Assembly: GCF_016432865.1 (NCBI RefSeq)
Contig: NC_067402.1
Span: 295,864,001 to 295,928,000, forward strand
Direction: 5' to 3'
DNA: 64,000 nt
DNA from: Antechinus flavipes
Taxonomy: Eukaryota
In this document: one piece after another, positions 1 through 12,251 of the stretch
Layout: every line of letters starts with the position of its first letter
How positions within the stretch are numbered: position 1 is the first letter of the stretch
Program-made: the position numbers and the translations under genes
Notes under the pieces: model-generated
The model's input: only the letters and a program-made list of their open reading frames with translations
Told to the model about the DNA's origin: nothing
Database searches by the model: none

Positions 1-848
1 TACTGACCAGAGACATCAAAGAGGACCAGGCTTCCAAATGGGCTGGATTCACCTCCTGGCTTCCACCGCAGCTCCTTGGCCAGAGGTCGCTCGGTCGGCC
101 CCATCTCCCAGCGAGGGGAGGCAGCCTCACACCAGTGGGGGCGCCGGGCAGACGCGGACGGCTCGGGCCGAGCGCCCCGACGCCATGCCAGGCCTGCCGT
201 TTAGAGTGGCGCGGGCCCTTGGCAAAGTTCCGCGTACTCCACCTGACTCCAGGTCCCGCGGCCGCCGCCTCCGGCCACCACCCAGCTCGGCTATCCGAGC
301 TACGACCATCCCAGAGAGAACCGTCTGTGCCAGATCTCGGGGTACAATGGAGTGTGACGTGGTCGAGGGCGCCCCCGGGACTTCTTTGGGATGGCCCAGA
401 GCCGTGCTACCCGCCGCCAAGGAAGCCCCTTCCTCCCTGCCTAGTCCACGGCCCCCAAAACCCTTCTTTTCTAGTTCACAAAATAAACCACTTTCTAATG
501 GGTCTGTGCCACAGAAACAACGCCCAGGCGCGTTTCCTCGGCACCCGGAGGTGGGGCCTCGAGCCAGTTCTTCCATCTCCCTCCACCCCCCTTTAAAAAG
601 GGTCTTTACAAACAGGGAGGCCATCATTGGACTTTATCCCTGAGGTAGGTGTCCGTCAGTCCTTTCCAAGTATACCTGAAACGTAAAAATGTCAATCCCT
701 AGGAGTCCTGTGCGGAGAGGCCGTGGGGACCCCGCCCCACCCTGGGCCACACCCTCGGTGTCAGGCTCCGAGAGGGGGTCCTGGGTCCGGCACTGTGGCT
801 GCTTAGAGGCTGGTTTTCCAGGCACAGGCTTCAGGGGTCTCTGGGATC

Positions 849-868
849 TCATGAGCCTCCAGAGTCAT
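849..868 (-). CDS. FAM118A: FAM118A last coding exon (DDSGGS*)
   Basis: Acceptor tttgacag|AT GAC TCT GGA GGC TCA TGA; human C-terminus recalled as DDAGGS*. Confidence 0.88.
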
Positions 869-3800
869 CTGTCAAAGGCAGGAAACACGTGACTCCCAAG
901 ACAGGCCAGGCTGCATCCCCTGCCCCCACCCCCCAGGCCCCTCCCCCGAGAACACGGACCTGGATCTGACTGTCTGATTCTTTTGGGAACATCGACGCCC
1001 ATACTGTACTCTCCGAGCTTCCTCTTGGCACAGTCCTGGCAGGCGTTCCCTGGGGGACAGACACAGAGCGGGCCCCACTGGTCAAACCCTGCTGCGGACG
1101 GCTCTCCCGGCCCAACGCCCAGGCTGCCTCCTCCCCGGGGCCAGTGCTCCCAGGCCCGGGGGGATGGTCTTACCTAACAGCGTTGTACTGTCCACTCGGT
1201 CAGCATCTACGAGTGACAAGAAACATCCCGTGAGCCAAGCCCGGCCACGCCGGCCCTTCGGGACCCAGCCAAAGGTCCCTCCGCAGGCCACATGTCCACT
1301 CTCCCAGAGAGCAAGCATTGATTAATCCCCTGCTGGATTCCCTGCTTGAGCTAGAAAAGCAGCACCGCTCAGAAACGGGTGCCACCTTCTGCTTCCATTT
1401 GCCACCACCGCCAGCAGAGATTATCCCTCATCTCCCCTCGAGCCAGCGGGCCACGTCTCTCTGACCCCTGGGAGACGCTTTCCTTCCCGGTGCTCCCAGC
1501 TGGCCAGCATGTCCCCCGCCCCTCGCTTTTTTTTCTGTCTATCTCTCTGTCTTTGCCTTGCCCTCTGTTTCTGTCTCAAGATCATGAAGGACCAATTCCA
1601 ACTCACTCTTCCTTTGGGCTCAGCTCCCCCACTCCTTCATCCAGGGAGCCTCATCATCTCCCCGTATCCCTGCCTCTCACAACCCCTTCTGCTTCGCCAT
1701 AACGCAGCCCTCCAATTCATCTGCAGCAGCAGTGAAGGTTTGGTTGTGTAACTAAAGAGGTTCCCCCCCACCCTACAAAGTCAGGAAGGGAGGGAGGAAG
1801 AAGGGAGTGGGGAAAGACAAAGAGGGAAAGGGAAACTGAAAAAGGAGCCTAACTAGCTTCAAAAAGACCCAAGAAATGGATTGAGTGGGAACCGAAGCTT
1901 CTATAAGACTATAAGCAACGGGATCGATTGTAGCAGCTCTTTTTATAGTAGAAAAGAATTGGAAAATGAGTAGACAACCACCCATTGGGGAATGGCTGAA
2001 CAAACTGTGGTACTTGAAGATAATGGAATATTATTGTTCTATAAGAAATGATGAACAAGCCGATTTTTCAGAAAAGCCTGGAAAGATTTACACAAACTGA
2101 TGCTGAGTCAAACAAGCAGAGCCAGGAATACGTTGTTCACAGTTAACAGCAAGAATGTGATGATCAACGTGAAAGGTTTGGTTCTGCTCAGTGGTTCGGT
2201 GATCCAAGGCAGTATCAATAGACTTTGGAAAGAACGTGCCATCTGCATCCAGAAAAAGAACTAAGGAGACCGAATGTGTAAATCAATACATACTGCACTC
2301 ACTTCTTTTTTTTTCCATTTTTTTATCTCCCATGATTTCTCCCTTTTGTTCTTATTTTTCTCTCCCACCGTGATTCATAAAGCAATATGTATTGAAAAAA
2401 ATTTACTAGGGGAAAAAAAGAGAAAGGAGACCAAGAACCTGAAGAAACAAATCTAACTTCTTCCTGACATCCAAACCAACAAGCATCCTTCCAGAAGGCA
2501 AATGTGAGGGAGATCAGGTGGAGATGGATTTGCTTGACAAGAGAAGGGCTTGTGGAGTTGTTTTTACTTATTTTAATTTTCTTTAAGGGAAAGGAAGTGA
2601 GAGAGAAATCAGATTTTACTTACAAAAAAAAAAGCCATTAAAAAAAAAGATTAATAAGAGATAAGAAACACTGGAATTCTTTAAAACTTAAAAAAAAAGA
2701 TATTATTTTGCAATAAATAGTAAATAAAATGCGCCCAAATCAACAAAAACCCAAAAGCAAAGTGAAAATAGAGAAAATCCACAGATCACCTCCTAAAAAG
2801 TCCTAAAAGCGACCAAATCTCAGATCAAAAATCTCACACTCATCTATAAAAAAGCAGTTCACGTACCAAAAAACCACAAGTCAATTACACTGCACAAGAC
2901 TTGGCACCTGAACACTAAAACCAAGATCGATCTTGAAATAGAATATTCTAAAAGGAAAAAGAGATCGATCTATAACCAAAAAATAAGTCACGAATCATAC
3001 ATAATCTTCCAACTTTTGTGACAAAAATGACCAGAACTGAGTACTAACCCTGACAAAGAAACACAGGAATCCAGAGAAACCTAGAAAGGTTTTAAATTAA
3101 GCAATAGCAAAGGGCTCTATTTCCCTTAACCCAGAGGAAGCTCCCTTTGATCACACAGAGTTTGGTGCCGCAGGTTAGGATTGTCAGGGGTGAGTCAAGA
3201 GATAAGGGAGGGAATCATCCTGGGGGAGGGAGCTTCCCAAGCAAAACAAACTTCCCAACCTTGAAAGAGAAGTTGTGGGGAGAGCCCTAAAATCCAACTG
3301 CAGAGCAGCTACACCCAAAGAAAGAACACTGGGAAACGAATGTGAACTATCTGCATTTTTGTTTTTCTTCCCCGGGTTATTTATACCTTCTGAATCCAAT
3401 TCTCGCTGTGCAACAAGAGAACTGTTCGGTTCTGCACACATAGATTGTATCTAGGATATACTGTAACATATCTAACATATATAGGACTGCTTGCCATCTA
3501 GGGGAGGGGATGGAGGGAGGGAAGGGAAAAATCGGAACAGAAGCGAGTGCAAGGGATAATGTTGTAAAAAAAAAATTACCCTGGCATGGGTTCTGTCAAT
3601 ATAAAGTTATTATTAAATAAAATAAAATAAAATATTTTTTAAAAATCCAATTGCAGAACAGCTCAACAATTTGTTGATAGAGGAATATTCAGGGACTCTT
3701 ACAAGGATCCTGGGTCACATGAGCAGAACCGGGAGAATAACCCAGTTCCAACAAAGCATGTCTCCCACTTCCAAAGAGGTAAGATACAAGGTATACCAAG

Positions 3801-6800
3801 AAAAGGGAGGGGTTCTAGACATAGCCACAGGATGGATTCATTCTGCCTAACAGGGATTCTTTGTTACAAAGGGTTTTATTCCCCTCTTTTTTTTTTTTTT
3901 CTATCTTTTGGTCCATCACAGGCTTGACCACAAAAAAAAGCCCCCGCCAATCAGATTTTACATAGCCCTGTGTGTGCAGTTAATAGGGTAACATCTACCA
4001 ACTGGAGTCCAGGCTATTCAGGGAACTCACATCGTATCCAAATCCATCTCTTCTCCCCTCTCCAATACTTTATCCACATAGCTGACTAAATGATGAGAGA
4101 TCATAAAAGCCCAGATTTAGAGAGGGAAGGGACCTAAGAGGTTGTCAACTTCAACCATCACCTTACAGAGGAGAAAACCGAGGTACAGAGAGGTGAAGAG
4201 ACCCCTCACCCAGGTCACAACTACTAGTAAGAGGGAGGCAGAATATGAATTCAGGTCCTGATTCCAGCTAGCTAGACCACACCAACTCCTTTGCTGAAAA
4301 AAAGTTCAGTGACGTCCTCCTGCTTCTAGTCTAAAACACCCCAAATCCCTTGCCTGAGACATCTTGTCCGCCTTCCCTTATGCCCCTGCGCTGGCTGTCC
4401 TCATCCTGCAGAAAGCTCTTCCTTCTCTCTCCACCTCCCTGCAAGGCTCAGCACAGTGCCTCCAACACAGCCATCACGTCCTGAGGCTTCCCGATTCCTC
4501 CCCTGGCAATCGCTGCTGCTGCTCTTCACATGTGCTCATCTCAGCGGGAGATCCGCTCCTCAAGGATGAGGACTGTTTAAGTTCTAACTGTATACCTAGC
4601 CCCTGGCCCGAGGACAGGGACCTGCCAAGAACTTAATAAATGCTCAGTGAATCCCAATTATAGACAATCGGACACCAGCCCATTTTGCCATTTGATTTGG
4701 TTTGTTTCATATGAGGGCATAGGGAGGGAATGGAGGGTCATGCTTTCGGTTCATCTAGGGATTTCAAAGATCTAAGCCCTTGCCCCCGACCATTATCCTT
4801 CAAACTGAAAACTGGCAGGACAAACAAGCTAAAGGGTCATAACTTATCACTAACCACACCATTCAATGCAGCACCAGGGACTCCTCAGGGTCCAGAACCG
4901 AGATGCCAAGCCCTCTCAACAAGCTGCCTTTAATGATCTTTCAAAACTACGAGGACCCTTGTTCTGTCTGACACCACTTACCCCCACCCCTAACTCCTCC
5001 ACTTGAGTCAGAAGTTAAGAGTTTGGGGACAGCCTCTGGATTGTGCCCCCAAGATCAGTTTGACCTTCTCTGTACAGAGAAATACAGATTAGTACATGCC
5101 CCATCCGAGCCATAAGCTATCCTGGTCCTAATCTGTCTCTCAACACTGTCGGCAGACTTTTCCTGGGCTCCATGCCCCCGGGAGGCTGGTTCTAAGGGCC
5201 CCTGTGGGCAGACTTTTCCTGTGCTCCATGCCCCCGGTAGGCTGGTTCTAAGGGCCCCTGTGGGCAGACTTTTCCTGTGCTCCATGCCCCCGGTAGGCTG
5301 GTTCCAAGGGTCCCTGTGGGCAGACTTTTCCTGTGCTCCATGCCCCTGGTAGGCTGGTTCTAAGGGCCCCTGTGGGCAGACTTTTCCTGTGCTCCATGCC
5401 CCCGGTAGGCTGGTTCTAAGGGTCCCTGTGGGCAGACTTTTCCTGTGCTCCATGCCCCCGGTAGGCTGGTTCTAAGGGTCCCCCAGTCACCGAGCTGCCA
5501 GTGGTCCTAGGTCTTCATGACCTTGAACCCCTTGGTTTTCACAGACACACATGCCCCCTGTGCACCTGGACTTCGCTGTCTGCAGATCTGAGCAGCAAGG
5601 TCTTGCACATATTCTGGGAAGTAGTCAAAACAATCCCCGTAGGAGACAACTTTAATGCCATGCAGAAGCATGTCGGCCTGATGCTTGAAGAAATGGTCTT
5701 CGTTCTCCTTGAGCACCACCATGAAGTGCTCCAAATCCACCTTATCCTGCACAGAGTACAGGAAAAGGGCTTGGAATATCTGGTCCCTTAGCGTCTCACC
5801 ACAGCCCACAAACAGAAAGGACTTGGTCCGGTACAGGTTCTGCAGAACTTCCTAGGAAGAAGCAGAAGGAGCAAGAACTTGTGAGGGAATCCCCAAACCA
5901 GAGCAGAAGCTCTTTATTGCTTCCAGGATCAAACACAGCATCAGTTTGGTGTTTAAAGCCCTTCATCCCCAGGCCCCATTAATGAGACTCTCCATCTCTT
6001 GTCTCCAGGCAGATCTCTCTGGCTGCCCCTTACAACTGGCATGCTCTTCTGACTCCCGATATCCCTGGTTTCCTTCCCGTCCCCATTACAACCCCACCTC
6101 ACACAAGAAGTCTTTCCCAAATTTTCTCAATTCTGATGCTTTTCCATTTAATTATTTCCAACTGACCTGGTATTTAGCTTGTCTTGCATATGTTTATTTG
6201 CAAATTGTCTCCCCTATTAGTGGGTAAGCTCCTTAAAGGTTGGGATTGTCACTTGTCCCTTTTTGTAGCCTTAAGACTTGGCCGAGTGTCAGACACACAG
6301 AAGGTGCTTAATAAATGTTTAATGAATGAATGAATGAGGCAGCCTGAACCATCCTGGCTGACTGCTAGGGCTGGGTAAGCCACAGCCATTTCCCCCAAGC
6401 ACCAGGCCTTTTCCTAAAGCCCACGTGAATATATACGATTCTGCTCTTTAGAAAGCCCTCCAATTCTGAGGACTCTGATCTCCTCTGTTAAATGAGCCCC
6501 AAGACTCCCTCCAGCTCTAACCAGCTACAACTCTGCAACCAAAAGATTTCAAAATTGGGATGCTAAATGTACTCATAGGTGACCTCCTACCGAACAGGTA
6601 TGGGACAGTGCCCGGTACACACCAGGCACTTGACAAATGCCCGCTGTAACAAAAAACACGTTTTTTTGGTAAAACCATGCAGCCTGGCTTTCACTGTTTG
6701 GGGTGTGGATCGAGTCATTCAAAGCGATTTAATTAGCTTGATTATGCTAATCATAAAACTTACTGCAAAGATCTATTTAACAACTCTCTAGGACCTATTC

Positions 6801-9800
6801 AAGAATACTTTGGGCATTTTTACAGTACTCTTAGTAGGGTTTTCATTTTTTTCCTCCCAGAATCTTAAGGATCTAGAGGAAAAGGAGAAAGACGAGAAGG
6901 AGCAGACTTATTAAGAAGCTGGAGGTTGTCAGAGGCAAACCTGCCAGAAAGGCCTCAGTTTCCAGATCTACCTAAGAGCAGCTCAGACATGGCCAAGGCC
7001 CTGCAAACAGTCACGGGGTAGACCCCATGACAAAAGCCTGCTAATCATGGTTGGAGGGTGGGGGAGGTGCCTTTTTTTTTTTTTTTAAGCTTAAAAATCT
7101 TTAAAATCCTCAAATTTAAATTGTAAAGAAGAAGACTTAGTAAACAGTAAGGTGGTTTAAGATGGAGAGAAAAAAAATCCAAAATGGGGAGAACCACTAA
7201 GGGCAACCAGAAGGGCCAGAAAGCACAGGGGTAGCAGGTTAACTGCTAACCAAAAGAGACCGCCCAAATGTCAAAGGCCAACGGTTACCTCTTTATGACT
7301 CACAACTGAGAAAAATGGGAGACAAACACCAAAAACAGCAAAGTGAAAACACTTTCCTAGAGAGGCAAAAAGTGACAGGAGCATGTTTCTGTCAGAGTGC
7401 TTAAAAGAAGTAGCTGCTATCTGTGAAATGAGGAGGCTGAAACTTCAGGGAAGACATCTTTTGAGGATCCATTAAAAAAAAGTACCAGGGACAGTGCCTG
7501 AGCCTAGCCATAGCTGTCAGGAGTTTCCCTGGTGCCTGGCCTGGCCTAGCGGGCTCTTCTGCTGCTGAGGCCGTGTCCAGGCTTCCTCTGGGCAGAGAGC
7601 TTAACCGACAATGAAGCTCAGGAGCTGCTTTAAGCTTCCATGTCTCCAGTGTCCAGTTGTGCAGCCCACATGCTCTTCCATACTGGGTCCGATCTCCAAA
7701 TTGGTAGGGGGGGGGGGGGTTGGGGAAGAAGAACCGAGGCTCCGCTGGAGCCCAGGCTTTGGAGAGGACTTGGATGCTGGCTTTCACCCCTTCTGGGAAA
7801 TACTATGGTAAAGCTGGCAGTGCCCTTAGAGCCCCTTTATTTTACAGAAAGGGAAACCAAGACCAAACAAAAGGACTCTCCCGTGTAGCTAATCTGGGTG
7901 TGGTCCCTTTAGGATTCCTTTCTTTCTGATTCCCAACTCCTCCTAGTTGATGTAATTTTCAGTGAGGGACCTTTTGATTCACAAATCCTGGTCCCTTTGA
8001 ATTCCAAAAGAAGTTCAGAGCCTGTCCCAGCCCCACTCCACCCACAGGCCCTTCTAGCTAAATCTCCCATTATAAAAGGGGCCAAGCTGGGACCCCCTCT
8101 TTGCAGAGGTCCCGAACATGCCAGCCTTATCCTTGGAACGCCAGACCCTCTGCCCAGTGCCTTTCTTATCTTTACCTTCACCAGTTTCCTTAACTATACT
8201 TTAACCTTACTTCCAAACCCTATAATAAACCTCTTTTATCAATCTAGCTTTTCGGGCCAATAAATGCTTTTACTGGGGACTCGCGCTGCTTCTAGACCTT
8301 ATTTAACTCCATATCCTTGTGCCAAATCCAATGAGGTTGCAGGGGAGCTCTATTTGGCTTCCTGTACCCTGAACCTGCCACTAGACCTCAATTAAACCCT
8401 AATTCATTTAGGTGCCCCATATCTAGACCTCATCAGAACTAGATTAGGAAGCCAGGTTCTCTTGACTCCTGGACAACCCTACAGACGCTGCTGTACCAAC
8501 ACACACAAAAGGCGGGAGTCAACCACCGAAAGAACCCCCCACCTCCCGGCCCCATAAATGATGAGAAAAGACCTTTCATACCATCACTTCTGGGTCCTGG
8601 GTCACATCTTTATATCCTGAAGGATCCAAAACCATTCCGCAGGGATCTGTGTACAAGCCATGAATATGAAGAACTCCATACTTTATGTGCCCTCTGGCCC
8701 ACTGGAGAACCTGCCAAAACAAGCCCCAATTCAACCACAGGGATCTCACCAGAACCCAGGCTCATCTTTTATCCTGACCTCTACTTAAAAGGAAGTCCAA
8801 TGACTGCTTACTTAAGGGATGTTCTGCTGCTAAATGTTCCCAAGGACTGGCGAGACTTACATGAACTGACGCTGAGTGAAATGAGCAGAACCAGGAGATC
8901 ATTATACACTTCAACAACAATACTGTTTGAGGATGTATTCTGACAGAAGTGGATTTCTTCGATAAAGAGAGCTAATAGATCAAAGATGGATAGAAACAGC
9001 TACACCCAAAGAAAGAACACTGGGAAATGAATATAAACTGTTTGCATTTTTGTTTTTCTTCCCGGGTTATTTCTACCTTCTGAATCCAATTCTCCCTGTG
9101 CAACAAGAGAACTGTTCGGTTCTGCAAACATATATTGTATCTAGGATATACTGTAACCTATTTAACATGTAAAGGACTGCTTGTCATCTAGGGGAGGGGT
9201 GGAGGGAGGGAGGGGAAAAAATTGGTACAGAAGTGAGTGCAAGGGATAATGCTGTAAAAAATTACCCTGGCATGGGTTCTGTCAATAAAAAGTTATTTTA
9301 AAAATAAATAAAATATAAATGTTCCCAAGGGCTTGGCTGGGCAATGTGTCCCCCCACAAGGACCTCAGAATCACAAACCTAGGAGATCCACAAGTATGTT
9401 CTCCATAGCATCTCCCCGAAGAGGCATTCCCCCCCTCCCATCATACCTCCTGTGGTGACCCAGTCCCCCCATTATCAAGCAGAGACCAACGCAGTCTTCT
9501 GAGATCAACAGCAAAAAAATGTACACACACCAATCGGTATTTACAGCAAAAGGCGAGGCCCCCAAGGCCTCAGGGCTCCCGAGGTGTGGAGCTCTCCCAC
9601 TGTGCTCGGCCAATCTCTCTGGGGAGCAGCTTATGGAATCAGGATGAGCGCTAGGGATTTGGATACTTTGATCGCCAGTGAGGCCTTGGCCCCCTTATCA
9701 GCCCTGGGAGCAGAGGGCATCACTTGCCCATTCTGTAACTTGGTAACCCTTCTTTCTTCAGAGGAACCTCACTATGGCCTCTCCAGGGGGCGCCAGCCAT

Positions 9801-12251
9801 CCTAATGAGCTATGTGACAAGCGGTCACCCCTACCCCCAAACCAGGAAACACCACCTGCAAACATGAGCTGATGGGTTTGGACAGACAGCAGCAGGTAAA
9901 CTACTGGGCACCAATGCCCAGCCTAGGGTTTAGCATATGGTAATGTTCCCTTAATAAAAGCTCAATGGCTTGACGTGACATATTTATCCATCAGATTCTT
10001 CGTTAAATTATTGTTATTTTTTTTAAATACACATTCATGACGGAAGACCCCTGGATTTCAAGATTTTGTACAGGCAAGGGCAGAAATCAACCAAAGTCCC
10101 GGCAGGCCCAAAGAGGAGGAAAGGAAGGCTCTTGGGAAACATGCTCCTGACTGGGGTGGGAGGATCGGACATTGACAGCTCAAGACCGGGTCAGAGTCAG
10201 CAAAATGAGCGCAGAAATTTGTGGGAAGGAGCGAGCTGATCATTGGGATTCCCTGCCCACAGTAGCTGAGCCAGAGGATCGGGGGAGGCCATTCTTCCCT
10301 ACCTTGGTTTTATCTTTTAAATCTAGGGATTCCATCGGCTTGTTCTGCTGCTGGCCAAAGATCTCCAGGAGGTTATCGTAATTGGTGGTGAGGACCATGG
10401 TCCCCCGCTCCATCAGGCTGAGGATCGACTGCAGCACTGTGGGGTTCTGGATATGCTGCTCTAAATTGTCAAAGACCTCCATTAAGCAGTCCTGGAAGAA
10501 GTTGGGCTTGGTATCCCCTGTGCGCTGTAGATACAAAAGCACGCCGCTGACGGAACGTACACGGAGGCCTTTTGGTAACCACAGCCCCTCCCTCTCCAGG
10601 GCTAGCTGGACCATCGCGGGCCCTCCGATCAAAGACCAAGGGATTTACTGGATCATCCAGCTGGGGTCCAAATGGCACCTCTCAGATGTGACTCCTAATT
10701 CCCAATTTCCTCCACTGCATCAAACTAGCATTTCCAGAATCCTTTTGCAGCTTTCAGGCTGCATGCAACAGAGAGCATCAGTGATCCCTGCACCAGGCCA
10801 GGAATAGCAAGCTCGCATTTCATGCAAGGGAGGTGGGTGGGTATGGTTATCCCCACTGCAAAGCTGAGACCTGCCCTGCCGATAGTAGCAGGACTGGGGA
10901 CAGCGAGGTGGGTGGTAGATAGAATCCGAAGGAGCTGAGTTCAAATCCAGCCTCAGACACTTATTAGCTCTGTCACTTAATCCCAACTGCCTCAAAAAAA
11001 AAAAAAAAAAAAAAAAAGGAGAAATAAGAGGGGCGGAAGTAGACTCCCAGCTCGTGTCTTTGAAGAGTAGCAGTTGATGCCACTTATAAAAGGGCTTCTT
11101 TTTGAAGCATTTTCTTCCCTGATCAGAGGTACCCAGGGAGAGGTCGGAGCGCACAGGAGCCTGGGACTCACATCCTCCATCTCCCACCTTGGACTGGTCA
11201 TTCACCCTCAGTGCCCCAAGCACTCTCACCCAGGCTGCTGACCTGGCTTCAGCTGAGGGATCCCTAAGGACCACTGAAAGCCCAGGCTGCAGGCCCGTAC
11301 CTAGCCCTGACCCTGATGGGGAAACCCAGAACTGCCCCGGGGACAGCGCAAGGGCCCAGGCCACACCCTGGCCCAGCCGCATCCCATACGTGCTTTCTCA
11401 GCGGAACCTCGGGCCCCAGGGAACCTCCTGGGCTGGAACCTTACCGGCGACATCTTCCGGATCAGGTCGTGAGCCACCACAAGCAGGTCTCGGTCTTTCA
11501 TCACCTTCTTGCGGAACTCCGCCACATCTCCAGGATGCAGGACTTCCAGCTGCTCGGCCGCTTCCAGGACGGCTTCAATGCAGCTCCTCCAGGAGCAGAG
11601 GGCACGGATGCCGGGGGCCACAGCGGCACTGACGCCTGTCCCAATGACTAGCAAGAGGTCATGGGGCTGCTTCCTTATCAGGCTTTTTAAAAACTTCCTG
11701 GACACAAAAGAGGAGGACGGGGTAACGGTCCGCTTTTCAGAAGCCATGCCATGCCAATAAATGACAGCAAACTACGACCGCACGTGCCCTCCCTCCCCCT
11801 TGGGGGCACCGGGGCAGCTCTGAGAGCGGTCGGGACCCCGGCTTTCCCCTCCCCCCAGCTCCAGTCCTGTGCCCATTGTCATGTCTCCAAGGGCACTCGA
11901 GAGGTGAAAGAACGAGTGAAAAATCTGGTTGCAGCCATTGCCAGGGCTGGAATGCCAGAAACAAGCACAGCCCGGCCGCAAAAGGCAGCCCCCCAGAAGG
12001 AGCGCGTCGGAGCCAGCCTATCCGTCCATTCCCAGCGTCTGTCTCCTCCACACCCGCTCTGGGCCTCCTGGGAGGCAGGACAAAGGCTCCTGCAGGGCCT
12101 CTCCGGCCGTTAGCCACCCTCCACTCTGCATTTCCCAGAGGCAGCGACTCCAGGGAAACGCCCTTCTCACTCTGACCTTCCCCAGGGCAGGTCTCGTCCC
12201 TTACCTAGACTTCTGCTCGCTTCTATTTGTTGTCTTTTCTGCTGAATCCAT
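849..12251 (-). CDS. FAM118A: FAM118A, SIR2-like domain protein. Complete spliced CDS of 1080 nt (359 aa): complement(join(849..868,960..1049,1174..1206,5566..5851,8582..8710,10303..10524,11445..11697,12205..12251))
   Basis: Spliced translation MDSAEKTTNRSEQKSRKFLKSLIRKQP...GTGVS...TTNYDNLLE...HIHG...FVGCG...DDSGGS* matches recalled human FAM118A. All introns are GT-AG with matching phases. Gene order with UPK3A, KIAA0930 and NUP50 is as in human. Confidence 0.96.
960..1049 (-). CDS. FAM118A: FAM118A coding exon 7 (GNACQDCAKRKL...SDP), 90 nt
   Basis: ccccag| acceptor and GTCCGT donor; NACQDCAKRKL matches the human sequence. Confidence 0.92.
1174..1206 (-). CDS. FAM118A: FAM118A coding exon 6 (DADRVDSTTLLG), 33 nt
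   Basis: tcgtag| acceptor and GTAAGA donor; peptide identical to the recalled human segment. Confidence 0.93.
   Translation of the reverse strand: MLTEWTVQRC
1870..2450 (+). mobile_element. Old L1 fragment (ORF2 end / 3'UTR)
   Basis: ggggaatggctgaacaaactgtgg...atggaatattattgttctataagaaatgatga, typical of the marsupial L1 3' region. Confidence 0.8.
2750..3100 (+). mobile_element. Degenerate L1 ORF1 fragment
   Basis: Broken frames read KIEKIHRSPP and KQFTYQ...QDLA, resembling the L1 ORF1p RRM/C-terminal region. Confidence 0.6.
3311..3641 (+). mobile_element. 5'-truncated young L1 (3'UTR) with target-site duplication
   Basis: Near-identical to the copies at 8846 and 15242; flanked by AAAATCCAAyTGCAGArCAGCT (3289-3310 and 3642-3663). 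Confidence 0.85.
4105..4270. mobile_element. MIR-family SINE
   Basis: agagggaagggacctaagagg...acagaggagaaaaccgagg MIR core-like sequence. Confidence 0.65.
5151..5483. repeat. Minisatellite, 56-bp unit x6
   Basis: ggcagacttttcc recurs at 5151, 5207, 5263, 5319, 5375 and 5431. Confidence 0.97.
5566..5851 (-). CDS. FAM118A: FAM118A coding exon 5 (EVLQNLYRTKSFLFVGCG...ICRQRSP), 286 nt
   Basis: ORF 5507..5809; cttcctag| acceptor and GTGCAC donor. Confidence 0.95.
5930..6340 (+). mobile_element. L2 LINE 3' end
   Basis: Ends in gtgcttaataaatgtttaatgaatgaatgaatg, the L2 tail. Confidence 0.75.
7884..8435 (+). mobile_element. Solo LTR (family A), antisense in a FAM118A intron
   Basis: TATAAAA at 8071; AATAAA at 8224 and 8259; ends ...ctagacctcatca; clearly homologous to about 26300-26927. 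The 5' boundary is approximate. Confidence 0.75.
8582..8710 (-). CDS. FAM118A: FAM118A coding exon 4 (VLQWARGHIKYGVLHIHG...EVM), 129 nt
   Basis: Found by manual translation (not in the ORF track); ttggcag| acceptor and GTATGA donor. Confidence 0.95.
8846..9315 (+). mobile_element. 5'-truncated young L1 with 15-bp TSD
   Basis: TSD TAAATGTTCCCAAGG at 8831-8845 and 9316-9330; A-rich tail. Confidence 0.9.
10303..10524 (-). CDS. FAM118A: FAM118A coding exon 3 (RTGDTKPNFFQ...TTNYD...KDKTK), 222 nt
   Basis: ORF 10240..10632; ctacag| acceptor and GTAGGG donor. Confidence 0.96.
10896..11017 (+). mobile_element. tRNA-derived marsupial SINE (WSINE1-like) with poly(A)
   Basis: B-box gagttcaaatcc, then cagacactta...cttaatcccaactgcctc and a poly(A) run of about 24 nt. 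Confidence 0.85.
11445..11697 (-). CDS. FAM118A: FAM118A coding exon 2 (KFLKSLIRKQP...GTGVS...RKMSP), 253 nt
   Basis: ORF 11301..11747; gtgtccag| acceptor and GTAAGG donor. Confidence 0.96.
12205..12251 (-). CDS. FAM118A: FAM118A first coding exon (MDSAEKTTNRSEQKSR); the exon starts at 12260 with 9 nt of 5'UTR
   Basis: ttcgcag|ggtttaccgATG acceptor at 12261 and GTAAG donor at 12204. Confidence 0.93.

Noticed and set aside
10896-11017. tRNA gene (B-box present)
   Set aside because: No cloverleaf; SINE body and poly(A) tail.
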